A stretch of DNA of 64,000 nucleotides from Thermoplasmata archaeon (GCA_034667725.1 JAXDQS010000001.1:32001-96000), one strand, 5' to 3'. Positions 17,289 to 29,141 are shown, counted from the stretch's first letter. The notes: generated from the letters alone by a model not told the origin. Translations and numbers: made by a program.

Positions 17289-18716
17289 CTACGCGGCGCG
17301 CACGCGGCCGCCGAACAACGACGGCCCCTCCGCCAGGTAGGCCACCGACAGCGTCTGGTCGCGGCTGGTCTGGGCGTCGAGCTGGTCCGGGATGCGGCAC
17401 GCCGCCGAGGTGCAGCCGTCGGTGAACGCGACCCACACCCGGCCGTCGGGCGCCCGCACCATGTCGATGAAGTCCAGCAGGTTGCGGTTGCCGTCCTTCT
17501 CGCCGCGGGCGAGCGCGATGCTGCCACGCTGCACCGGGTCGTTGGACGGCGTCGCCTGCTGCGTCACGAAGGTCGGGTCGGGGCCGTCGGCGTCCAGGCT
17601 GAGGCCGACGAACAGGTGCCACTCGGTCGCGGCGCCCGCGTCGTCCGGCCCCTTGTTGGTCTCGCGGTTGCCCAGGAAGGCGTAGGCGATGCGGCCGTCG
17701 GCGCCGGCCACCAGGCCCGCGAACGCGGCGCCCTTGACGTCCGGCGGCGACACCACGAACGGCCCCTCGACGGTGGCGAAGCCGTCGTGGCTGCGCAGCA
17801 GCTGCATCCGTTGGTCCTCGCCGCGGAACAGGTAGTAGGCCGTGCCGTCCGGCGTCGTAGCCACTTCCGGGTCGAGCTCGCGCTGCACCACCCCGAGGTC
17901 GCGGCGGGCCCAGGTCAGGCCGCCGTCGGTGCTGACCGCGACACGCGCCTCCTGGCACGCGAAGCCATAGGGCAGGTAGATGGTGCCGTCGCCGGCGTGG
18001 TGCTGGACGCCGTTGAGGCCGCCGCAGTCGCCGAGCGGGGCGATGGCCAGCGGCAGCGGCAGGCCGCCGGAGGGGACGTCGTCCACCAGCACGTCCTGGA
18101 GGAAGGTGAGGCCGCCGTCGCGGCTCATGGCGCAGCGGGTCGAGGAGAGGTGGTTGTAACAGAGGCTGACCAGGCGGGGATACGCGCCCGGCAGCGGGCC
18201 CGCCATCGGCCCCGACGCCAGCTTCTGGTGGTCGACGTCGGTCGTCGGGCACACCATCGGCGTCTCGCTCCAGGTCTCGCCGTCGTCGTCGCTCACCGCC
18301 AGCGTGCGGCAGTGGCGCGCGGGGTGGATGTGGACCGCGAACGCGCGGCCGGCCTCCGGGTCCACCCACAGGTAGGGGTCGCGGTTGTCGCCTTGGTCGC
18401 GGATCACGTGGACCGGCTGCCAGCTGTGCCCGAGGTCCTGCGAGCGCACGATGGTCTCGAACGCGAGGGCCAGCACGGTGCCGTCGGAGGTCACTCCGAG
18501 GGTCGGCTCGGCGCCGTCGAACGGGGTCGCGACCAAGGCCAGTCGGAAGCCGTCGCCGAAGGCGGCCGGCAAGTCGGTCGCCACGGCGCGGCCGTCGCGC
18601 GAGCGGTGCACCGTGAGGCGCGCGTCGCTCACCACCGGCGGCGTCTCGACGACGTCGGTGCCGCAGCCCGCCAACAGGAGGGCCAGCACGGCGACGAGGG
18701 CGGGCGCGGCGCGCAC
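17289..18716 (-). CDS. Lipoprotein with BNR/Asp-box repeats (sialidase-like beta-propeller)
   Basis: LLAGC lipobox; SQDLGHSW, SDDDGETW, SRDGGLTF, STDGGLTW, SHDGFAT. Confidence 0.75.
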   Translation of the reverse strand: MRAAPALVAVLALLLAGCGTDVVETPPVVSDARLTVHRSRDGRAVATDLPAAFGDGFRLALVATPFDGAEPTLGVTSDGTVLALAFETIVRSQDLGHSWQPVHVIRDQGDNRDPYLWVDPEAGRAFAVHIHPARHCRTLAVSDDDGETWSETPMVCPTTDVDHQKLASGPMAGPLPGAYPRLVSLCYNHLSSTRCAMSRDGGLTFLQDVLVDDVPSGGLPLPLAIAPLGDCGGLNGVQHHAGDGTIYLPYGFACQEARVAVSTDGGLTWARRDLGVVQRELDPEVATTPDGTAYYLFRGEDQRMQLLRSHDGFATVEGPFVVSPPDVKGAAFAGLVAGADGRIAYAFLGNRETNKGPDDAGAATEWHLFVGLSLDADGPDPTFVTQQATPSNDPVQRGSIALARGEKDGNRNLLDFIDMVRAPDGRVWVAFTDGCTSAACRIPDQLDAQTSRDQTLSVAYLAEGPSLFGGRVRAA

Positions 18717-18739
18717 ACCGACAGAAGCCGGCGGCGCCG

Positions 18740-19471
18740 CTACAATGCTTGCGGTGCCGGACGGCGCAGCAGCGCCACGACCACCGCGGCGATGCAGGTC
18801 GCCGCCAACAGCGCCACGCCGTACACCAGGTTGCCGGCCACCCCGGTCGGCACCGGCGGCGGCGCCACCAGGTCGCAGCGCGCGTCCGCGCCGAGAGCGC
18901 CAGAGGCGCCGCACGCCGGGCCGGCGGGGTCGGGCCCCTGGCCGTCCGCAACACCGTCGCCGTCGGTGTCCACCGTGCGCGGGTCGAGGTTGCGGCCCAG
19001 CTCGTCGCCGTCGGCAAGGCCGTCGCCGTCGGAGTCGGCGCGGTCGGGGTGGAGGCCGCGGTCGGCCTCCCAGCCGTCGGCGAGGCCGTCGCCGTCCGAG
19101 TCCCCCGCGAACGGGCTGGCGTGCGCCTGGACCTCGCGCCACGCCGCCATGCCGTCATGGTCGAGGTCGAGGAAGCTCCAGGCGACGACGCCGGCCACGA
19201 GCACCAGGCTGGCCCACAGCAGGCCCTCCACGACGCGCGTCGGGTCGCGGGCCGGCAGCGCCGCGCCCTCGAACCCGCGGCCCGCGTGGCGCGGGTCCGC
19301 GGTCGGGCGCAGCAGCTCGGCCGGGGTGGTGGTCTCGACCGCCTTCTCCGACTGCCACGCGACCTGGCTGGACACTTGGGGCAGGTCGCCGTTGCACCGG
19401 AGGCACCGCGTCCGCTGGGCCAGCGCGTCGACGCGCGCGCCGCAGTGGGGGCAGTCGTACTCGCGGAGCAA
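18740..19471 (-). CDS. Membrane protein with N-terminal zinc ribbon and DxDxDG (TSP3-like) Ca-binding repeats
   Basis: CPHC...CLRC, TM, DSDGDGLADG x2, DTDGDGVADG, C-terminal TM. Start uncertain. Confidence 0.6.
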   Translation of the reverse strand: MLREYDCPHCGARVDALAQRTRCLRCNGDLPQVSSQVAWQSEKAVETTTPAELLRPTADPRHAGRGFEGAALPARDPTRVVEGLLWASLVLVAGVVAWSFLDLDHDGMAAWREVQAHASPFAGDSDGDGLADGWEADRGLHPDRADSDGDGLADGDELGRNLDPRTVDTDGDGVADGQGPDPAGPACGASGALGADARCDLVAPPPVPTGVAGNLVYGVALLAATCIAAVVVALLRRPAPQAL

Positions 19472-19496
19472 CGGGGCTAGGACCGCGGCCGCCGGT

Positions 19497-21359
19497 TCAA
19501 GACTTCGCTTTCCGGCGCCGCCACCCCGCGGCCGCCGCGGCCCCGATCGGGGCTGCCACCAGGGCGGCGCCAGCCCAGCCGAGCGTGCCGGTGGCCACCG
19601 AGGCGGGCGGCGGGGCGGGCACGGCAAGCGGGGCGGTCGGCGTGAAGGCCCGGGTCGCCGACACGATGGGCTGGAGGTCCGGGGCGATGGTGGCAAACTC
19701 GCCGCAGGCGCGGGTGCCGTTCTCGGGCTCGAACTTGGCGGTCCACACCTCGGCGGCGGAGGCGCCCTCGGCCAGGCGGGTAAGCGGCGCGGCGGGCGGG
19801 CAGGCGAGATAGTCGGACACCGTGCGCCACTCGCTGGGCAGAAGGTAGAGAGAGGCGCCGGACTCGTAGCTCATCATCGACGCGGCGGCGTTGCCCTGGT
19901 CATCCGGCGGCAATCCGGCAAGGCACTCGGGCTCGTGCGGGTGGCAGAGGCCAAGGTTGTGGCCCAGCTCATGGCCGATGACATGGGTCAGCCACGGCAG
20001 GTCGAACTCGGCGGCCGGCGTCATCGGGCGCACCTTGCCGTCGGGCAGCACGAGGACGGGGATGCTGTGCGTCCACCAGCCGTCCCAGGCGGCGTAGGCG
20101 CCACCCCAGTTGGAGCCGCTGACCCGGATTTGCGGCGGGTCGCCCGAGCCCGCGGCCCAGTTGCCCGGCTCGGCCTCCTGGCTGTAGCGCATCGTGAAGG
20201 TGTCGCCGGCGGTGCTGGTGGCCCGCAGCACGAAGGCGTCCGAGTAGTCCGCCGCCGCCAGCATCCCGCGCAACTGGCCGACGCCGGCGTGGCGCACCTG
20301 CGACTGGTCGATGTGCGGGTTGAGGACCATGATGTTGACGTAGGGATGCGCACCGAAGCGGGCCTTCGCGAGCACCGCCTGGTAGTAGGGGTCGGCCACG
20401 TCGAGGCCGAGCGGCGCCAACCGGTCGGAGGGGAGGCTCACGACGGTCTCGGTCCACGACATCGTGATGCCGCCGTCGCGCGCGAACAGCTCCACGACGC
20501 GCTGGTAGGCCGGCGCGAAGCCCTGGCCGCCCGCCATCCGCGCCGAGTCGGGGCCCTGCACGCGCACGAACTCCACCAGGAGGTCGGGGCGGCCGGGCTC
20601 CGGGTCGAAACCGTCCCACGGCACCGGCGGTGCGCCGGTCTCCCATGCGTCCGGGATGCCGTCGCCGTCGTCGTCGCGCGACGCGGGCGCCTGCTGGTCC
20701 GCGAACAGCTTGGTGACCGCGTCCGGCAGCCCCGCGTCCAGCGAGTCGCCCCGAAGCGGGCTGAACGGGGCGGACTCCTGTGCGTCGGACAGGCCGTCGC
20801 CGTCGCAGTCGCTCCGGTGGACGCACGCCGCCGCGCCCTCGGCGCCGTCGAGCACGCCGTCGCCGTCCGCGTCCGGCTTGCAGCGGTCGGCCAGCGCCTC
20901 GTCGGCGTCCGGGCGGCCGTCGGCGTCGTCGTCGGCCTGCACGGCGGCCAGCACGCCGTCGCCGTCGCAATCGACCAGCTCCTGGGCGTCGGACAGGCCG
21001 TCGCCGTCGGAGTCGCCGGCGAGCGGGTCGGTGCCCTCGCCGAGCTCGACGCGGTCCGGCACGCCGTCCGCGTCCGAGTCCGGCCGGCCGACGTCGGTGC
21101 CGGCGGCCCGCTCGTCGCGGTCGCCCACGCCGTCGTCGTCCGAGTCGGCGCGCGCCGGGTTGGACTGGTGGGCAGCTTCGTCGCCGTCGCCAAGCCCGTC
21201 GCCGTCGGAGTCGGGGTAGCGCCAACTGGTGCCGCGGCCCAGCTCCTCGCGGGTGGCGAGGCCGTCGCCGTCCACGTCCGCGAGGTAGAGGGTCCCGCCC
21301 ACGACGAGGCTGGCCAAGGCGAGGGCGGCCACGGCGGCGACGGCGGGGTGCAGGCGCAA
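19497..21359 (-). CDS. Secreted/anchored metzincin-type metalloprotease with multiple DxDxDG repeats
   Basis: Signal anchor; ~10 DxDxDG repeats; HELGHNLGLCH (HExxHxxGxxH); Met-turn SMMSY; C-terminal TM + RRRK. Confidence 0.72.
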   Translation of the reverse strand: MRLHPAVAAVAALALASLVVGGTLYLADVDGDGLATREELGRGTSWRYPDSDGDGLGDGDEAAHQSNPARADSDDDGVGDRDERAAGTDVGRPDSDADGVPDRVELGEGTDPLAGDSDGDGLSDAQELVDCDGDGVLAAVQADDDADGRPDADEALADRCKPDADGDGVLDGAEGAAACVHRSDCDGDGLSDAQESAPFSPLRGDSLDAGLPDAVTKLFADQQAPASRDDDGDGIPDAWETGAPPVPWDGFDPEPGRPDLLVEFVRVQGPDSARMAGGQGFAPAYQRVVELFARDGGITMSWTETVVSLPSDRLAPLGLDVADPYYQAVLAKARFGAHPYVNIMVLNPHIDQSQVRHAGVGQLRGMLAAADYSDAFVLRATSTAGDTFTMRYSQEAEPGNWAAGSGDPPQIRVSGSNWGGAYAAWDGWWTHSIPVLVLPDGKVRPMTPAAEFDLPWLTHVIGHELGHNLGLCHPHEPECLAGLPPDDQGNAAASMMSYESGASLYLLPSEWRTVSDYLACPPAAPLTRLAEGASAAEVWTAKFEPENGTRACGEFATIAPDLQPIVSATRAFTPTAPLAVPAPPPASVATGTLGWAGAALVAAPIGAAAAAGWRRRKAKS

Positions 21360-21460
21360 GCGGGGCCCGCTGGGGGCCGGCAGGCTAGAGCTTGGCGGTC
21401 TGAGGCAGGTTGCCTGCCGCCCGCGCCTTCAAGACCCCTCCCTGTGTCCCGAAGGTCGCC

Positions 21461-22918
<1,458 letters not shown>

Positions 22919-22993
22919 CGGCGTCCAAGCCAACGCCTGCACGGGTTCACCCACCTCCACGCAGACTTAATCCGGGTTCGCCCTCGCCCTCCT

Positions 22994-24562
22994 GTGCCCC
23001 AGGAGGACGTCGGCCGCATCACCGGCGACTCGGTGACCGAGCTGCGGTTCCGCGTCGGCCCCGACGAGCCGGTCCACCTGGGCGAGATTCTGGTGGCCGC
23101 CGGCGAGGGCGCCGCGCCGTTCTACCTTCGCGTCGTGGACTTGGAGTATGGCGCCGAGGCCCGCGACGCCGCCTGGGGCGAGCGCGTGGCCGGCGCCCTC
23201 ATGGCGGCGCCCGGCACGGAGCCCCTGGTGCTGTTCGACCGCGCCGAGCGGCTGTTCAAGGTCGCGGTGGCCGCCCCGCTCGGCTACCTCCAGGCCGACG
23301 GGCGGTTCCGCAAGCCGAAGACCATCCCGCCGCACTTTGCCGCGGTGCGGCGCCCCGTGGCGGGCGACTTCGCGTTCCTGGCGCCGCGGCCCGGCGACCT
23401 GGAGCTTGGGTTCCTCCGCAGCGGCGACGAGGCCCTGCCCGACCGCCTCGGGCTCGACCCGAAGGCGCTCGCGCAGCACTTGGGCATCTTCGCGACCACC
23501 GGGATGGGCAAGTCGAACCTCCTCAAGGTGCTGGCCGCAAGCTGCCTCGACTCCGGCCGCGTGGGGCTCCTGATCCTCGACCCGCACGGCGAGTACGCCG
23601 ACGGCGGCGCGAACGTCCACCCCGACGGCCGGCCGCACAAAGGGCTGCTGCACCACCCGCGCCAAGACCGGCTGCACGTCTACTCCAGCCGCGCGGTGCT
23701 CGGGTTTGCGGGCCGCGTCCATGACTTGGCGGTGAGCGCCGGCGAGATCAAGGCGGCCGACTTCGCCAACGTCTACGACCTCACGGGCCCGCAGGAAGAG
23801 GCCATCTGGGCCGTGTCGAACAAGTTCCGCGACCAGTGGCTGCTGCAACTGGCGAACCTGGACCTCGACCAACTCATGGCATCACTCGGCAACCGCTTCA
23901 TGGAGGGCACCCTCAACGTCCTCCAGCGCCGCGCCCAGCAGGTGCTCCGCCAGCCGTCGATCCACACCGACACGGGCCTCTCGACGACCAAGCAGATCCT
24001 GAACCACCTCGGCGCCGGCCACGTCGTCCTCGTGGACACCTCGGGCCTGTTCCCGCAAGAAGAACTGCTGGTGTCCGCGGTGCTGGCCCGCAGCCTGCTG
24101 GAACGCCACCGCGACGCCGCCCGCCGCCCCGAGGAGTTCCGCGCCCTGCCGCCCGTCTGCGTCACCTTGGAGGAGGCCCAGCGCGTCCTCAACGCCCGCG
24201 GCGGATCGAGCAACATCTTCGCCCAGATCGCCCGCGAAGGCCGCAAGTTCAAGGTCGGCCTCGGCGCCGTCACCCAGCAGCCCCGCCTCCTGTCCGACGA
24301 GCTCCTGAGCCAGCTCAACACGCTGTTCATCCTGGGCCTCGCGGACCCGACCGACCGCGAGCGCGTCAAGGCCGGCGCCCGCCAAGACCTCAGCCAAGTC
24401 CACAAGGAGCTGCAGATGATGGAGCCCGGCGAGGCCTTGGTCACGACCCCCGGCGCCCCGTTCGCGCTGCCCCTGAAGGCGCACCTGTTCGAGGACCGCA
24501 TCCTGGAGGCCAAGCCCGTCGCGCAGCTTGCCGCGCCCAAGGTGGACGCCGGCTTCTTCTGA
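22994..24562 (+). CDS. herA: HerA bipolar DNA helicase/translocase
   Basis: HAS barrel, HLGIFATTGMGKSN, LDPHGEY, EEAQR, IAREGRKF, TQQP; upstream of mre11. Confidence 0.88.
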   Translation: MPQEDVGRITGDSVTELRFRVGPDEPVHLGEILVAAGEGAAPFYLRVVDLEYGAEARDAAWGERVAGALMAAPGTEPLVLFDRAERLFKVAVAAPLGYLQADGRFRKPKTIPPHFAAVRRPVAGDFAFLAPRPGDLELGFLRSGDEALPDRLGLDPKALAQHLGIFATTGMGKSNLLKVLAASCLDSGRVGLLILDPHGEYADGGANVHPDGRPHKGLLHHPRQDRLHVYSSRAVLGFAGRVHDLAVSAGEIKAADFANVYDLTGPQEEAIWAVSNKFRDQWLLQLANLDLDQLMASLGNRFMEGTLNVLQRRAQQVLRQPSIHTDTGLSTTKQILNHLGAGHVVLVDTSGLFPQEELLVSAVLARSLLERHRDAARRPEEFRALPPVCVTLEEAQRVLNARGGSSNIFAQIAREGRKFKVGLGAVTQQPRLLSDELLSQLNTLFILGLADPTDRERVKAGARQDLSQVHKELQMMEPGEALVTTPGAPFALPLKAHLFEDRILEAKPVAQLAAPKVDAGFF

Positions 24563-24568
24563 GGTCCC

Positions 24569-25690
24569 ATGCGCGCCGTCCGCCTCTTCCACACCAGCGA
24601 CACCCACCTCGGGCACTCGCAGTACGCGCGCACCGACGCCCACGGCCTCAACCAGCGCGCCCAGGACATCGCCACCGCGTTCCTCGCTGTCATCGACCAC
24701 GCCGTTGCCGAGAAGCCGGACCTGTTCGTCCATGCGGGCGACCTGTTCGATGGTGTTCGCCCCGGCAACCGCGCCCTCGCCACCGCCATGGATGGCTTCG
24801 CCCGCCTCGCGCGCGCCGGCGTCCCCACCGTCGTCATCGCGGGCAACCACGAGCACCCGAAGCTCCGGGAGACCGGCTCGCCGTTCCGCATCTTCGACGG
24901 CCACCTGCCCGGCGTCCGGTTCGTCTACAAGGGCGCCCGCGAGACCCTGGAGCTTCCCGGCGGCGTCCGGGTCCACGCCGTCCCGCAATGCCAGGACAAC
25001 GACACCCTTGGCCGCGAGATTCGCGAGGCCCCCGTCGCCGCGGACGGCATCGACATCCTGGTCGCGCACGGCGGTGTCGCCAGCCTGCCCGCGTTCTCGC
25101 ACGCCGAGGCCAACGAACTGACCCTGGAGCCCGCCTGGTTCCGGCCGTTCCACTACGTCGCCCTCGGCCACTACCACGGCGCCCAGGAGGTCGCGCCCAA
25201 CGCCTGGTACTGCGGCGCCCTCGAGCGCGTCAGCATCGCCGAGGCCGGCCAGGAGAAGGGCTTCCTCGACGTGCTGGTCACGCGCGCGTCGGCCAAGCCC
25301 GCGTTCCGTCCGCTGCGCACCCGCCCGTACGTCGACCTGCCCGGCCTCGACTGCAAGGGCCAGCCCGCCGACGCCATCCAGCACCAAGCGCTCGGCGCCA
25401 TCGCGCGCGTCCCCGACGGCGCCGTCGCCCGCCTCCGCCTCAAGGAGCTGGACCCGTCGCTCCGCGGCGGCCTCGACCTGCGCGCCCTCCGGCAAGCCGG
25501 CGACCGTCTCGTCCACCTGGAGGTCCGCCCCGAGTGGGCCGACGGCGGCCTCGACGTGCGCGGCGGCACCGAACTGGGTGGCTTGGCGGCCGAGTTCGAC
25601 GCCTTCGCCGCCCACCAGCCGGTCGAAGGCGTGGACCGCGCCCGCCTGCTGGAGCTGGCCCACGCCGCACTCCGGGGGGACCCGCTGTGA
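24569..25690 (+). CDS. mre11: Mre11/SbcD nuclease
   Basis: HTSDTHLG, AGDLFD, IAGNHE, YVALGHYH. Confidence 0.92.
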   Translation: MRAVRLFHTSDTHLGHSQYARTDAHGLNQRAQDIATAFLAVIDHAVAEKPDLFVHAGDLFDGVRPGNRALATAMDGFARLARAGVPTVVIAGNHEHPKLRETGSPFRIFDGHLPGVRFVYKGARETLELPGGVRVHAVPQCQDNDTLGREIREAPVAADGIDILVAHGGVASLPAFSHAEANELTLEPAWFRPFHYVALGHYHGAQEVAPNAWYCGALERVSIAEAGQEKGFLDVLVTRASAKPAFRPLRTRPYVDLPGLDCKGQPADAIQHQALGAIARVPDGAVARLRLKELDPSLRGGLDLRALRQAGDRLVHLEVRPEWADGGLDVRGGTELGGLAAEFDAFAAHQPVEGVDRARLLELAHAALRGDPL

Positions 25691-27741
25691 GGCTGCGCCG
25701 CCTTGTCCTCCAGAACTACCGCCGCTACCGCGACGCCGACCTGGCGTTCCCCGACGGCGTCCTCGCCATCGTCGGCCGCAACGGCAGCGGCAAGTCCACC
25801 CTGCTGGAGGCCATCGGCTTCGCGCTGTTCGGCGCCGACGCGATGCGCACCGCCAAGGAGCACCTGCGCAGCGACCAGGCCGGCCCCGGCGACGCCGTGC
25901 GCGTCGAGCTGGAGGCCGAGGTCGGCGGCCAACGGCTGCGCGTCGTGCGCGAGCTGCGCGGCAAGGGCCTGACCCCGACCTGCACCCTCGAGGTCGACGG
26001 CCAGGTCCTCGTGCCGGGCGGCGGCGGCTCGAACGCGGCCGCCACCCAGGAGGTCGAGCGCCGCCTCGGCGTCGACTGGGAAGGCTTCTGCAGCACCGTC
26101 GTTGCCCGCCAAGGCGAGCTTGCCCGGCTTGCCGCCAAGAAGCCCGCCGAGCGCAAGCAGCTCCTGCTGCGGATGCTCGGCGTCGACCAGGTCCAAGACG
26201 CCATCGCGCGCGCCCGCGAGGCCCGCGGCAAGGCCGAGGCGGCGCTCCTGGCCCTGCGCGCCACCGCCCTCGACCCGCATCACCTCGCCGCCGAGCTCGC
26301 CGCTGCGCGCGGCGAGGCCCAGGCGGCGGCGCTGGCAAGCGACACGGCCGCGCAGCGCGCCGTCGCGGCGCACGCCGCGCGCGAGGCTGCCGAGGCGGCG
26401 CGGCGGGCCGCCGACCAGCTGGCGCAGGCCCGCAAGCAGCGCGACGACCTCGCCGCCTGGGTCGCGGAGGCCACCACGGCGGCCGCCGAGCTCGGCCGGC
26501 TCGCTCCGCTCGCCGAGGCGTTGCCGGCGGCCGAGGCGGCGCTGCAAGCCGCGGTGGCGCAGGATGCGGCGCACAAGGCATGGGCGCAGCAGGCGCGGTT
26601 GGTGGAGCGCCAGCGGCGCATCGTGGCGCAGGCCCAGCCCGCCACCGCGTCGGGCGAGGATCCGGCGCTGCTGCGGCACCGCATCGCGGAGGCGCAGGAG
26701 CGACTCACGCACTTGGCGCACTTGGGCGGCGACGCGCCCTGCCCAACCTGCGACCGGCCGCTTGCGGGCACGGTCGAGGCGCTGCGGGCGCGGCTGGAGG
26801 CCAGCGTGGCCCAGTGGACGGCGGGCTTGCAGGCGGCCGAGGCGCGCCAGCGGCACGAGCGCGAGGCGCGCAAGCTCGCCGACCTGGAGGAGCACCTTGG
26901 ATCCGCGGTCCCGGCGGTGGACCTTGCGCCGCTCCAGTCCGCGGTGCAGCAGGCCCGCGCCGCCCGCGAGGCGCTGGCGCACGCGCAGGCCGGCGCTGCG
27001 CGCGCGGCCCCGCTTGCGGCGCAGCTGCGCGAGGCGGACGAACGCCTCGCCCTTCTGCAGGCGCCGGCCGTGGTGCCGGACCTGGCCGCCGCCCGCGCCG
27101 AGGAGGAGGCGGCGCGCCGGGCCGCCGCGCAGGCGACCGCCCGCGCCCACGCGGCCGGCCTTGCGGTCGCGCGGCTGGAGGAGCGGGTCGCGGTCGCGCA
27201 CCAGCAGCAGGCGCAGGCGCGGGAGGCGGAGGCGGCGCTGCGGCTGTGGACGGCGCTCGCGGACGGGAGGCAAGGCGGGCTGCTGGAGCGGTTCCGCGAC
27301 CATCTGGTGTCCCGGGTCGGGCCGGCGGTCAGCCACGAGGCCAGCCGCCTGATGGGGACGTTCACGGGCGGCCGCTACTCCGAGGTGCTGCTGGACGAAT
27401 CGTTCGAGGTTTACTTGGCGGACGGCGGCACGCACTACACGCTCGACCGGTTCAGCGGCGGCGAGGCAGACCTGGTGCACCTTGCCTTGCGGCTTGCGGT
27501 GAGCCGGCTGCTGGCGGAGCGCTCGGGTGGCGCGGAGCTGCGGATGCTGGCGCTGGACGAGGTGTTCGGCAGCCTGGACCGCGAGCGGCGCGACCTCGTC
27601 GTGCAGGCGCTGCACCAGTTGGGCGGCTTGTATGCCCAAGTGCTCGTCATCTCCCACCTGGAAGGGCTGGAGGAGATGCTGGACGACGCCATCCTCGTGG
27701 AGGAGGCCGCCGGCGCGGCCCGCCTCATGCACAACGCCTAA
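25687..27741 (+). CDS. rad50: Rad50/SbcC ATPase (684 aa)
   Basis: GRNGSGKST, Q-loop RQGE, central zinc hook CPTC, FSGGE, LALDEVFGSLD, VISH. Confidence 0.92.
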   Translation: MRLRRLVLQNYRRYRDADLAFPDGVLAIVGRNGSGKSTLLEAIGFALFGADAMRTAKEHLRSDQAGPGDAVRVELEAEVGGQRLRVVRELRGKGLTPTCTLEVDGQVLVPGGGGSNAAATQEVERRLGVDWEGFCSTVVARQGELARLAAKKPAERKQLLLRMLGVDQVQDAIARAREARGKAEAALLALRATALDPHHLAAELAAARGEAQAAALASDTAAQRAVAAHAAREAAEAARRAADQLAQARKQRDDLAAWVAEATTAAAELGRLAPLAEALPAAEAALQAAVAQDAAHKAWAQQARLVERQRRIVAQAQPATASGEDPALLRHRIAEAQERLTHLAHLGGDAPCPTCDRPLAGTVEALRARLEASVAQWTAGLQAAEARQRHEREARKLADLEEHLGSAVPAVDLAPLQSAVQQARAAREALAHAQAGAARAAPLAAQLREADERLALLQAPAVVPDLAAARAEEEAARRAAAQATARAHAAGLAVARLEERVAVAHQQQAQAREAEAALRLWTALADGRQGGLLERFRDHLVSRVGPAVSHEASRLMGTFTGGRYSEVLLDESFEVYLADGGTHYTLDRFSGGEADLVHLALRLAVSRLLAERSGGAELRMLALDEVFGSLDRERRDLVVQALHQLGGLYAQVLVISHLEGLEEMLDDAILVEEAAGAARLMHNA

Positions 27742-27764
27742 CCTCAAGGCATGGTTGCGCGCGC

Positions 27765-29141
27765 GTGGACGAAGGGGACGCGGTCCAGTTGGCCCGCCGG
27801 ATGGGGGCAAGCCACGCCGAGGTGCGCGTCGAGTCGGTGCGCGAGCAACGGATGCAGTTGCAGGACGGCGACCTCAACGGGCTCACCGCCGGCACCGAGA
27901 CCGGCTTCGCGGTCCGCGTCCTCGTGCATGGCGCCTGGGGCTTCGCGTCGTCCAACGACCTGTCGCGCGAGTCCTGGAAGGCCACCGTCGAGCAGGCCGT
28001 CGCGCTTGCCAAGGCCACGCCGAAGGAGCAGCCGGTCGTCCTGGCCGACGCGCCGTCGCTGCGCGGCTCGGTCCATTGGAAGCCCAAGAAGGACCCGGCC
28101 AGCGTCCCGGTCGAGGAGAAGCTCGCGCTGCTGCGCGACATGGAGCGCCAGGTGCGGGGGTTGCCGGAAATCCGCAACGTCACCACCGCCTACTCCGACG
28201 CCACCATCGAGAAGCGCTTCGTCGACTCCGGCGGCGCCGACCTGCGCTGGAGCCTGGTGCGCAGCGTCGCGCAAGCGCACTTCACCGCCAAGCGCGACGG
28301 CGTCCTGGCAGGCCGCAGCAGCCGGGTGGGCGGCACCAAGGGCTGGGAGCTGTTCGCCGACGAGGACCCGGTGTCGAAGGCCGTGGCCGCCGCTGCCAGC
28401 ACGGTCGCGGCGCTCGGGGCCCCCGCCGCCAAGGGCGGCCGCCGCACCGTCGTCATCGACCCCGAGCTGGCCGGCGTGTTCGCGCACGAGGCCGTCGGGC
28501 ACGCCAGCGAAGCCGACCTCGTGACCGCCGGCGAATCGTGCTTCAAGGGCCGCATCGGCGCCAAGCTCGGCATCGACGGCCTCTCGATCCGCGACGACTC
28601 CACCGTCCCCGGCGCCTTCGGGTCGTTCCCCTACGACGACAACGGGGTCGCGGGCAGCCGCAAGACCATCCTGGAGGACGGCGTCCTGGTCGGCTACCTG
28701 TGCGACCGCGAGCACGCCGCCGCCTTGGGGATCGCGCCCAACGGGGCCGCCCGCGCCCAGGACTTCCACAGCCGCCCCCTCGTCCGCATGAGCAACACGC
28801 TGATCGACGCCGGCGACATGCCCGAGGACGAAGTCTTCGCGGGCATCAAGGACGGCGTCTTCTGCAAGGGCTCGCGCGGCGGCCAGGTGGACTGCGCCCG
28901 CGGCACCTTCCTGTTCAACGCCCAGGAGGCCTACCGCATCGAGGACGGCGCCGTCACGACCCCGCTGCGGGACGTCAGCCTCACCGGCGACATCCTGAGC
29001 ACGTTGCTGAACATCGACGGCCTCGGCGATACCGCCCGGATGGGGGACCCCGGCTACTGCGGCAAGGGCCAGTGGGTCCCCGTGTGCGACGGCGGCCCCT
29101 TGGTGCGCATCCAGAAGTGCCTCCTTGGCGGTGCCGCATGA
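27765..29141 (+). CDS. tldD: TldD metalloprotease
   Basis: GFAVRVLVHGAWGFAS, FAHEAVGH.SEAD, PLVRMSNT, CGKGQWVPV..GGP. Confidence 0.92.
   Translation: MDEGDAVQLARRMGASHAEVRVESVREQRMQLQDGDLNGLTAGTETGFAVRVLVHGAWGFASSNDLSRESWKATVEQAVALAKATPKEQPVVLADAPSLRGSVHWKPKKDPASVPVEEKLALLRDMERQVRGLPEIRNVTTAYSDATIEKRFVDSGGADLRWSLVRSVAQAHFTAKRDGVLAGRSSRVGGTKGWELFADEDPVSKAVAAAASTVAALGAPAAKGGRRTVVIDPELAGVFAHEAVGHASEADLVTAGESCFKGRIGAKLGIDGLSIRDDSTVPGAFGSFPYDDNGVAGSRKTILEDGVLVGYLCDREHAAALGIAPNGAARAQDFHSRPLVRMSNTLIDAGDMPEDEVFAGIKDGVFCKGSRGGQVDCARGTFLFNAQEAYRIEDGAVTTPLRDVSLTGDILSTLLNIDGLGDTARMGDPGYCGKGQWVPVCDGGPLVRIQKCLLGGAA

Noticed and set aside
23836-29141. Apparent giant fusions (1301 aa, 1187 aa; also 43040-46882, 37602-39872, 49359-52184)
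   Set aside because: The N-terminal extensions overlap well-supported genes in another frame; the true starts lie at or just beyond the neighbouring gene's stop.
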